From positions 40,956 through 104,955 of the forward strand of contig JAFEBQ010000001.1 of the NCBI GenBank assembly GCA_018242585.1: 64,000 nt of DNA, read 5' to 3'. This document shows, piece after piece, positions 57,286 through 64,000 of the stretch. The translations under genes were made by a program, and so were the position numbers. The notes beneath the pieces were generated by a model that was given only the letters and a program-made list of their open reading frames with translations, had not been told where the DNA came from and made no database searches. The DNA is from Planctomycetota bacterium (GTDB lineage Bacteria; Planctomycetota; Planctomycetia; Pirellulales; PNKZ01). Numbering within the stretch: position 1 is the first letter of the stretch; each line of letters opens with the position of its first letter.

Positions 57286-58686
57286 ATGAACGTGCAACTG
57301 CGATTGGCGGGTGGCAGCAAACTGGTAGCTCTGGTGCTAGCGGCACTGGCGGTCACCACGGCGCCGGCGCTGGGGCAGGGGTCTTCATCCGATGGCTGGG
57401 CCCCGGCGCGCGCCTCGCTGCGGGCACGTCCGCGGATCGACAGCTATGACGAAGCGGTCCGCCCGACCGCTCACTATGCTCCCGAACCGTCGCGCTACGC
57501 CGACGAGAACACCTACTTCGACACCGAACCGGCCTTCCAACAATCGGTGTCCCCGTGGCAACAACGCCCGATGGCGTCGAACTATCGCCGTCGCCCGGCG
57601 CTGACTTCGGTCGCGCGCACGTTGCCCTTTGCCGAAGACGAAGTCGTGCCGGCGCCGATCCCTGGTAGCAAACCGGGCGCTGAAGTCTACGAAGGGGACT
57701 ACCCGTCCGACATGCCCTACGGCCCGGACATGGGCTACGACGACGAAGGGTTCGAGCCATGGAACGCGGGCCCTTACGGCGACGGCCGCTGCCCGATGTG
57801 CGGTCGTAGCGGCGAGTGGTACGACGTGATGGCCTGCGAACGGTTCCATCCGTGCAGCCTGCTGTCGTGGCTCAATGAATTGTCGATCTTCAGCGGCCCG
57901 CAAGCCTTCAAGAACCCGGTCGACCTGGGGCGCAACGGTAACTTTGGTTTTCACGCCGGCGCCAACTTGGGCGACGTGCTCTGGCACCGCCGCGGCATCG
58001 GCTATCAGGTCGGCGGCCAGTTCGTCGACACCAGCCTCAGTGGCAACCAGGCCAACGGCATGATCAACGGCGACTCGCGCAAGCAAGCGTTCTTCACCCT
58101 CGGCGTGTTCCATCGCGCCTTTTACGGCCGCGGCTGGCAAGGTGGCGTGGTGGTCGATTACCTGAACGACAACTACTACACCAACTCCAACCTGACCCAG
58201 ATGCGGTACGAGCTGAGCATTATCGGCGCGAACGGCCACGAAATCGGCTACTGGGGGGCCGCCGGCACGCAAGGCCTGAACCAGACGTTCACCAACGGCG
58301 GCGCGACGGCCAACCAGCGCGTGCGCCCGCTGCCGATCAACGCCTTCTTCTATCGCAAGAACTTCGCTTCCGGTGGCCAGGCCCGGCTGTGGGGCGGCTT
58401 TACCGGCGGCATGTACGGCAATACCAACACGACTCGCACGGCGGGTGTCATCGGCTCGGACTATCGCGTGCCGCTGAGCAACCAGTGGGACTTGGTCGGT
58501 GGCTTCAACTACATCATCCCGTCGCAAGGTGGCACGTCGAATCAGATGGCAGAGAGCTTCGGCTTGTCGGCCAGCTTGGTGTTCTACCCGGGCCGCTGCC
58601 GCGATGGCGTCCACAACGGACCTTACCGCCCGTTGTTCGACGTGGCCAACAACTACAACTTCATCCTCGACAACCAGCCGCAGTAA
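57286..58686 (+). CDS. Secreted protein, putative outer-membrane beta-barrel
   Basis: Signal peptide MNVQLRLAGGSKLVALVLAALAVTTAPALG. The N-terminal third is disordered. The C-terminal ~300 aa has alternating Gly/aromatic beta-strand-like periodicity (NGNFGFHAGANLG, GIGYQVGGQFVD, VVVDYLNDNYY, WDLVGGFNYII). Confidence 0.6.
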   Translation: MNVQLRLAGGSKLVALVLAALAVTTAPALGQGSSSDGWAPARASLRARPRIDSYDEAVRPTAHYAPEPSRYADENTYFDTEPAFQQSVSPWQQRPMASNYRRRPALTSVARTLPFAEDEVVPAPIPGSKPGAEVYEGDYPSDMPYGPDMGYDDEGFEPWNAGPYGDGRCPMCGRSGEWYDVMACERFHPCSLLSWLNELSIFSGPQAFKNPVDLGRNGNFGFHAGANLGDVLWHRRGIGYQVGGQFVDTSLSGNQANGMINGDSRKQAFFTLGVFHRAFYGRGWQGGVVVDYLNDNYYTNSNLTQMRYELSIIGANGHEIGYWGAAGTQGLNQTFTNGGATANQRVRPLPINAFFYRKNFASGGQARLWGGFTGGMYGNTNTTRTAGVIGSDYRVPLSNQWDLVGGFNYIIPSQGGTSNQMAESFGLSASLVFYPGRCRDGVHNGPYRPLFDVANNYNFILDNQPQ

Positions 58687-58723
58687 GCGACGACTTCGCT
58701 GTTGCTGGAGCAGACGAAACAAA

Positions 58724-58764
58724 CGAAACGACCCAGGGACAGCCGTCCCTGGGTCGTTTCGTTG
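58724..58764 (+). terminator. Terminator-like hairpin
   Basis: A perfect 17-bp stem cgaaacgacccagggac/gtccctgggtcgtttcg with loop agcc, 38 nt after the stop. Confidence 0.65.
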
Positions 58765-58769
58765 AGAGC

Positions 58770-58951
58770 AGTTCTCGGAGCACTGTGGCGTGGGTGGCCC
58801 AGGTGCTTGCACCTGGGTGGCCGAAGGCCACAAGAAACCTCGGGCGCCGTCCCGCGTGGGTGGCGAGTTTCCATTTGGGTTGAGCGTACCCATCGAGTTT
58901 CTTGTTGCTGCGCAACACCGATGGCCAAGCCATCGGTGCCACCCCAGACGC
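58770..58951. repeat. About 150-nt conserved element, copy 2 of 2 (with a 32-nt insertion)
   Basis: See 49562-49711. The core is about 90 percent identical by eye. Confidence 0.85.
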
Positions 58952-58984
58952 GAGAATGTCGCGAGACGCGCTCTAGAGGCTTCA

Positions 58985-59866
58985 TCAAGCCGCGTCGGCT
59001 GGCGAGTACTTCCAACTGGCCGCTTCTTCGCCGTCGAGCCGCAGCGTCAGGCACTTGGCGCTGCCGCCGGCTTTGACAAACTCGTCGAGTGGCGTTTCGT
59101 AAGGCTCGAACCCAGCGGCGCGTAATTGTCCGTGCAGCTTGGGACAACCCGAGTTGGTGATCACCGATTGCCCCACCACGACCGCATTGCAGGCGAATCG
59201 CCGGGCCTCTTCCAAGTCGACGGGGATCAACTCCGGGATCAGCGACGCGAGCACCTGTAGGCCATAGGCATCGAACGCGCCCGGGTAGTACAGCGCCAGG
59301 CCCGGCCGCAGCGGACAAAAGCACGTGTCGAGGTGATAGAAGTAGTCGCTCACCAGTTCCAGCGGAATGACGCGGCAGCCGATCATTTGGCCAATGCTCT
59401 GGTGCCCGCGGGCGTCGCTGCGAATGCGATAGCCGGCGAACAGCGTGTCGCCGCAGAACAGCGCGTCGCCCGCCCCCTCGAAGAACACGTCATCCGGCGC
59501 TCGCGCCACGCGGAAGCCTTGCTTCGCCAGCCAGGCGTCGAAGTACGGCTCTTCCCCCCGGCGCTGTGGATGCCGGAAGTGGGATAGGACCGCGGTTCGC
59601 CGAAACACCATCGCCGCGTTGGCCGTGAAGACCAGGTCGGGCAAGCCCGCGACCGGCTCCATCGCGTGTACCGTGGCGCCGACTTGCTCAAGCAGTTGGC
59701 GCAGCCTGAGCCATTGGCCAAAGGCCACGGTTCGATCGGCCTGCCGCGCGCGACTCATCCAAGGATTGATCTCGTATTCAATCCCGAAGAAATCAGGGGG
59801 ACACATCAGGATGGTCGGCGTGGTTTTCACAGTAAAATCTGTCGGCACGGCTAACTCGTTCGCCAA
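58985..59866 (-). CDS. Guanidino-group-modifying enzyme (amidinotransferase / arginine dihydrolase-like)
   Basis: ILMCPPDFFGIEYEINPWM, FTANAAMV, HLDTCFCPL and the C-terminal nucleophile GGSAKCLTL are present. Confidence 0.75.
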   Translation of the reverse strand: MANELAVPTDFTVKTTPTILMCPPDFFGIEYEINPWMSRARQADRTVAFGQWLRLRQLLEQVGATVHAMEPVAGLPDLVFTANAAMVFRRTAVLSHFRHPQRRGEEPYFDAWLAKQGFRVARAPDDVFFEGAGDALFCGDTLFAGYRIRSDARGHQSIGQMIGCRVIPLELVSDYFYHLDTCFCPLRPGLALYYPGAFDAYGLQVLASLIPELIPVDLEEARRFACNAVVVGQSVITNSGCPKLHGQLRAAGFEPYETPLDEFVKAGGSAKCLTLRLDGEEAASWKYSPADAA

Positions 59867-59883
59867 GATGATTTCAGTGTCTA

Positions 59884-61149
59884 CTATTCAGCGGCCAGCG
59901 ATTCGACGTCTTGTACCAGCGCCCGTAGGAATGGCTCGACGTCGGTCACCAGCCCCACGGTTTGGAACGAGCCCCGATCGCGCAGCTTGATGACCGTCGA
60001 AGGGTTGATGTCGACGCATACCACTTTGACCCAGCCGGGCAGCAAATTGCCGACGGCAATCGAATGCAACGTGGTGGCGATCATCAAGCAGAGCGTCACC
60101 CCCTGGACCCTGCGGCGCATTTCGCGCTGAGCCGCGAGCGTGTCGGTAATCACGTCGGGCAGGGGGCCGTCGTCCCGAATGCTGCCCGCCAAGAGGAAAT
60201 CGACGTCGTTCTTCACGCATTCGTACATGATGCCCGAGGTCAGCACACCGCGCTCGACGGCCTGGCGAATGCCGCCGATGCGACGCAGGCGGTTAATCGC
60301 GCGCAAATGGTGCTCGTGCCCCATCTCGACCGAGTGCCCTTGATCAAGCCGCACGCCCAGGCTGGTGCCGAACAGGGCGTGCTCGATGTCGTGGGTGGCC
60401 AGGGCGTTGCCGGCGAACAGCTTGTCGATATAGCCGCCGCGAATCAGCTTGCAAAGGTGCGGCACGCTGCCGGTGTGGACGATGGCCGGGCCGCCGACCA
60501 ACAGCGTCTTGCCCCCTTCGGCGCGGGCACGCAACAATTCGCGCGCGATCTCGCGGATAGCCAAACCCTTCGGCTTTTCGGTCGAGACTTCGCTGGCCAT
60601 GAACTCGAACATCGGACGGTGCGCGTCGCGCTCCTCGGGCAGCACGCGGACGCCGGCATGGCCGACGACAATTCCCTCGCCGCGCCGCACGTCGGTCATT
60701 GCCACGCAGCGGGCCGTGCCGGCCGCTGCGTCGACTTCGATGCCGCAGTCCATTTCCTGATCGGCCACGTCGACCCAGTGCCCCTCCAGGCGCACCTGGG
60801 TGCGCTGGTTCGTGGTGCTGTAAAAGCTTTCTGGAAACGCGCCGTCCATGTCGGCTTCGACCAGCCGGCAGTCTTGCAACGTGGTCGGCACGGCGCCGTG
60901 ATCGGAGATTTGGGCCAGGATTTCACGCAACCGCGTTTCGGTCGGCGCCTTGACCTCGACCAGCGCCACGCTGGGGTCGTTGCGCGCCTGGCCGATCGAA
61001 ATCTGCTTGATCCTGAACGAGCCCCCCGAGCTGGTAATGATGTCCAGCACCTTGGGCAGGATCAGGCTGTCGATGATGTGGCCGCGGACCTCGACGTCCT
61101 CGATCGGTTGCTCGTGGCCCGAGCGCTGCTGGGACGATTGGGAACCCAT
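59884..61149 (-). CDS. LOR/SDH-domain (TIGR00300-type) protein, ornithine cyclodeaminase-like
   Basis: VRGHIIDSLILPKVLDIITSSGGSFRIKQISIG is the LOR/SDH N-terminal pattern. A C-terminal Rossmann-like half follows. ATG 61149 lies behind aaggag. Confidence 0.7.
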   Translation of the reverse strand: MGSQSSQQRSGHEQPIEDVEVRGHIIDSLILPKVLDIITSSGGSFRIKQISIGQARNDPSVALVEVKAPTETRLREILAQISDHGAVPTTLQDCRLVEADMDGAFPESFYSTTNQRTQVRLEGHWVDVADQEMDCGIEVDAAAGTARCVAMTDVRRGEGIVVGHAGVRVLPEERDAHRPMFEFMASEVSTEKPKGLAIREIARELLRARAEGGKTLLVGGPAIVHTGSVPHLCKLIRGGYIDKLFAGNALATHDIEHALFGTSLGVRLDQGHSVEMGHEHHLRAINRLRRIGGIRQAVERGVLTSGIMYECVKNDVDFLLAGSIRDDGPLPDVITDTLAAQREMRRRVQGVTLCLMIATTLHSIAVGNLLPGWVKVVCVDINPSTVIKLRDRGSFQTVGLVTDVEPFLRALVQDVESLAAE

Positions 61150-61506
61150 CGTGGTTGCTCCTTGATCGCCAAAGATTCGCGCACGCCAATCGGGCCCGGC
61201 CGGACGTGGCGTCGGCCGATTCGTTTCGGCGAAGCCGGCTGGGATCGGCAAAACCGCCTGAATCGCCCTGGCGCGCGACACCCCAATTCTAGGTCGGAAT
61301 CGCAAAACCGGCCAAGTTCAATCGGGCCGGTGACACCCGGCGAGCGTCGATTCCGGCGTGCCTTAACCTGCTGTCGGCAGCCAACTTCACAGCATGTGCC
61401 GCGCCCCGTATAATGCCCCAGGGTGGTGAGCTGCCCAAGGCCGTCGAGTTGCGACAGGCCGCGCCGCCACCGAGACAGAACACCTTCGCACGGACTCGAA
61501 CAGTTC

Positions 61507-63057
61507 ATGACCGATCAGCCCAACCATTGGCAGTCGCTGGCCGACCAACTCGGCGCGCAGACGCCACCCGCTAGCACTCCGTCCGCCCAACCGACCCCGG
61601 AACCGACGCCCGCGCCTCGTCGCGAGCACCATGCCGCGCCGCGGCCCAAGCGCGCGGCCAATTGGACCGGCGTGGCGGTGAACCTGGGGATCGATCCACC
61701 TCCAGCGCCGCCGACACCCGTCGCTCCCCCCGCGCCGACGGCAAAGACAAGCAGTGAGCCGGTGCGCGAGCGCTTTGCCGACGAGGTTGAACCCGCCCGC
61801 GAAGCGCGCGATGACCAGTCGCGCCGCGAGCGCTCGTCCGAGCAGCGCCGTCGCGAAGGGCAAGGCGATCGCGAATCACGCGGCGGCAACTCGTATGGCG
61901 AACGGAGCGAGCAAGGCTCTCGTACCGAGCAGGGTTCTCGTACCGAACAGGGCGAACGTGGCGGCCACGGGGGACGCGGCCGACATGGCAATCGCGATGG
62001 CGGCCGTGGCGGCGATAGTCGAGGCGGTAATGAAGCTCGCAGCAGTGAAGCTCGCAGTGGCGGCGAAGGTCGCGGCGGTGAATCGCGCGGCAGTGATGAT
62101 CGTGGCGAGCGCCAAGGGCGCGGTCGTCGTGGTCGAGGCCGCCGTGGCCGCGGTCGCGACGACCACGAACGCGCGGCACGTCCCGAGTCGCAACCTGTCT
62201 CGGACTCGCGAGAGGACGACGAGCTATTCGACGATCAGACGATCATCGAAGCCGAAATCGTCGACGTGGAAGCCGAACGCGGGCTAGGCCAAGCCGGCCC
62301 GGGCGACGAATCACGCCCGTCACGCGAGGACGAACCTCGCCGTCGTCGCCGTCGTCGTCGTGGACGCCGCGGCAGTCGTAGTGAAGGCAGTCGTAGTGAA
62401 GGCAGTCGTAGTGAAGGCAGTCGTAGTGAAGGCGGCCGTAGTGAAGGCGGCCGTCGCGAAGGTTCGCATCGTGGCGATTCTCCCAGCGGTGACGACTATC
62501 CTCGCGAAGATCGTCACGGTGATGCCGACGAGTCGATGGCCCGACTGGACGACGATGGCGGACGTGGGCACGACGAAGATCGCGGTCGCGAGTTCGAGGA
62601 AGAAGACGACATTTTCGACGAGCTGACCGGCGCTCCGGCCCAGCCCGCTTCGTCCGACGGGGAAGGCTCGCGCGATCGCGGCCGTCGCCCCCGCCGACGT
62701 CGCCGTGGTGGTCGTGGACGCGAGGAAGGCTCGGGCGCCGCCGCCCCGCGCGGCGAAGCGCGGACTCCCGACCGGCTCGACGATGCGCTGGCCGACGACG
62801 AGGACGATCTGCACGATACTCCCTACCGCGCCAGCCGGCCCGCCGCCGAGCACGATGAGGAGGACGGCCACGATGAGGACGACGACAGCGACATTCGCGT
62901 CGAGCATCGCGGCATTCCGTCCTGGGACGAAGCGATCGGCATGCTGGTCGACGCCAATCTGGAAGCGCGGGCCAAGAACCCGAACAGCGGTGGCGGTGGC
63001 GGTCGTCGCGGCGGCCGAGGTCATTCGCGCCGTGGCGGTCGCGGACGCGATCGCTAA
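61507..63057 (+). CDS. Charge-rich (R/G/E/D/S) intrinsically disordered protein with short conserved termini
   Basis: 516 aa from Met29. The N-terminus is MTDQPNHWQSLADQLG. The C-terminal island is RGIPSWDEAIGMLVDANLEARAKN. The rest is RG/RE/SE low complexity. Confidence 0.6.
   Translation: MTDQPNHWQSLADQLGAQTPPASTPSAQPTPEPTPAPRREHHAAPRPKRAANWTGVAVNLGIDPPPAPPTPVAPPAPTAKTSSEPVRERFADEVEPAREARDDQSRRERSSEQRRREGQGDRESRGGNSYGERSEQGSRTEQGSRTEQGERGGHGGRGRHGNRDGGRGGDSRGGNEARSSEARSGGEGRGGESRGSDDRGERQGRGRRGRGRRGRGRDDHERAARPESQPVSDSREDDELFDDQTIIEAEIVDVEAERGLGQAGPGDESRPSREDEPRRRRRRRRGRRGSRSEGSRSEGSRSEGSRSEGGRSEGGRREGSHRGDSPSGDDYPREDRHGDADESMARLDDDGGRGHDEDRGREFEEEDDIFDELTGAPAQPASSDGEGSRDRGRRPRRRRRGGRGREEGSGAAAPRGEARTPDRLDDALADDEDDLHDTPYRASRPAAEHDEEDGHDEDDDSDIRVEHRGIPSWDEAIGMLVDANLEARAKNPNSGGGGGRRGGRGHSRRGGRGRDR
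62371..62460 (+). repeat. 15-nt tandem repeat (ggcagtcgtagtgaa, 4 perfect plus 2 variant copies) encoding (GSRSE)n
   Basis: Read directly from the sequence. Confidence 0.9.
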
Positions 63058-63177
63058 GCGACTGTATTACTGCGGAAACTGCAAATCTGCGGAACACTCG
63101 CGGCGGTCGCATCGCCGCCGCGCACCTGCGGCACTGAACCGTCGCGCCGCACACGATCGAGCAAAGGTCGGCACGCC

Positions 63178-64000
63178 ATGCACGATCAGCACGCCGCGCA
63201 GCCGCGCTATCAGGAACTTTTGGCCGGGTTGCGCAAGCAGTTCCCCCAGCCGGTTTCCGACCCGGTTCACGACGCGTATGTGGTCTTCTCGATCCTCCGC
63301 GCGCTGAACGAAGTCGATCGGCTGAAGTCCCAGTCGCCCCTGCTGGGGCAGCCCACGCCGGCCGACTTTGGCGCGGCCTTGCACGCGCGGATGACCGACG
63401 CCGGACTGCCGCTCGAAGAGTGCATCGGCCAGTTGGTGAAGCATCTTGAAGGGCTCTACATCTGGGGGCATCCGCTCAGCCAGATCAACGTCATCCCGCC
63501 TCCGTCGCTGGCCGGGATCATCGGCGTGTTGCTGGCCAGCACGTACAACCCGAACTTGTGCAGCGACGAAAGCGGCCACGGCGTCTCGGCCGCCGAGGCC
63601 CGGGCCATTGCCATCGCGGCCGACCTGGTGGGTTTCGATCCCGATCAGGTCGGCGGGGCGTTCACCTTTGGCGGCACGGGGGCCATGCTCTATGCCGTGA
63701 AGGTCGGGCTCGAAAAGGCCCTGCCCGACACGATTCAGCGGGGCATCTACGGCCGGCCGGTGGTGCTGGCCTCCAAAAGCAGTCACTACTCGGTTACCAA
63801 CGTGGCCAGTTGGCTGGGCATCGGTCACGACAATGTACGACTAGCGCCGAGCAAGCACGACAACGCCGTCGACCTCGACGCGCTCGAAGCCCTGGCCCGC
63901 GAGTCGCTGGCCGGCGGCGAGCACCTGGCCGCGATTGTCGCCACCATGGGCTCGACCGACGCCTTTGGTATTGATGATCTGAAACAGATCGTCGATCTGC
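63178..64000 (+). CDS. Group II PLP-dependent decarboxylase family protein, partial (runs off the window end)
   Basis: Absent from the ORF track because it is truncated. Hand translation from ATG 63178 reads MHDQHAAQPRYQELLAGL...FTFGGTGAMLYAVKVGL...SKSSHYSVTNVASWLGIG...ATMGSTDAFGIDDLKQIVDL and stays open to position 64000. Confidence 0.7.
   Translation, partial: MHDQHAAQPRYQELLAGLRKQFPQPVSDPVHDAYVVFSILRALNEVDRLKSQSPLLGQPTPADFGAALHARMTDAGLPLEECIGQLVKHLEGLYIWGHPLSQINVIPPPSLAGIIGVLLASTYNPNLCSDESGHGVSAAEARAIAIAADLVGFDPDQVGGAFTFGGTGAMLYAVKVGLEKALPDTIQRGIYGRPVVLASKSSHYSVTNVASWLGIGHDNVRLAPSKHDNAVDLDALEALARESLAGGEHLAAIVATMGSTDAFGIDDLKQIVDL

Noticed and set aside
57385-63828. Long antisense ORFs 57385-58893(-), 59962-61413(+), 62243-63154(-), 63067-63828(-)
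   Set aside because: Each lies opposite a gene with a recognisable signal peptide, domain motifs or a conserved family pattern. Their own translations are R/G/A/P/D low complexity.

Overview
This is a GC-rich, gene-dense 64-kb window. I can support about 51 protein-coding genes. I recognised no rRNA, tRNA, CRISPR array, transposase, integrase or phage structural gene.

Likely source (inference only): a Planctomycetota, Pirellulales-like chromosome. The evidence is a split cytochrome b / Rieske / cytochrome c cluster, a TAT-signal Gfo/Idh/MocA oxidoreductase, a DUF1080 protein, a tail-anchored Ser/Thr kinase, several Q/P/K/G-rich disordered proteins, and a dense population of short double-hairpin palindromic repeats.

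Recognisable housekeeping genes:
- purD
- pyrB-pyrC plus a NYN-domain gene
- ftsH
- glgX plus a PPTase
- gatB
- mscL
- a nagA-like gene
- a thiO-like gene
- two tandem Cys/Met-metabolism PLP enzymes
- an HD-GYP phosphodiesterase

Overall the window looks like core chromosome, not a defence or mobile island, and I found no clear-cut new multi-gene system. The best candidates for something undescribed are:
1. An intact CbiA/CobB-fold protein that has lost both its P-loop and its glutaminase cysteine (25617-26972).
2. A 23-codon Lys/Ala-rich ORF with a strong Shine-Dalgarno and its own terminator, sitting behind about 760 nt of lower-GC non-coding DNA (24290-25260).
3. A 1413-aa membrane-anchored protein carrying about 730 aa of Q/G/D/K/P low complexity and a 15-nt tandem repeat (38251-42492).
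4. A two-gene version of the cyanobacterial fused ArgZ/AgrE arginine-to-proline enzyme (58985-61149).
5. A Rieske protein whose twin-arginine motif lies behind a 220-aa Ala/Pro/Lys-rich extension.
6. A minimal HExxH protein lying between a kinase and an HD-GYP gene.
7. At least eight families of double-hairpin repeats, including two repeat nests that bracket the PLP gene pair, with about 570 nt of unexplained unique DNA inside one nest.

Limits: all coordinates, start-codon choices and homology statements were made by eye and from memory. No search or computation was run.
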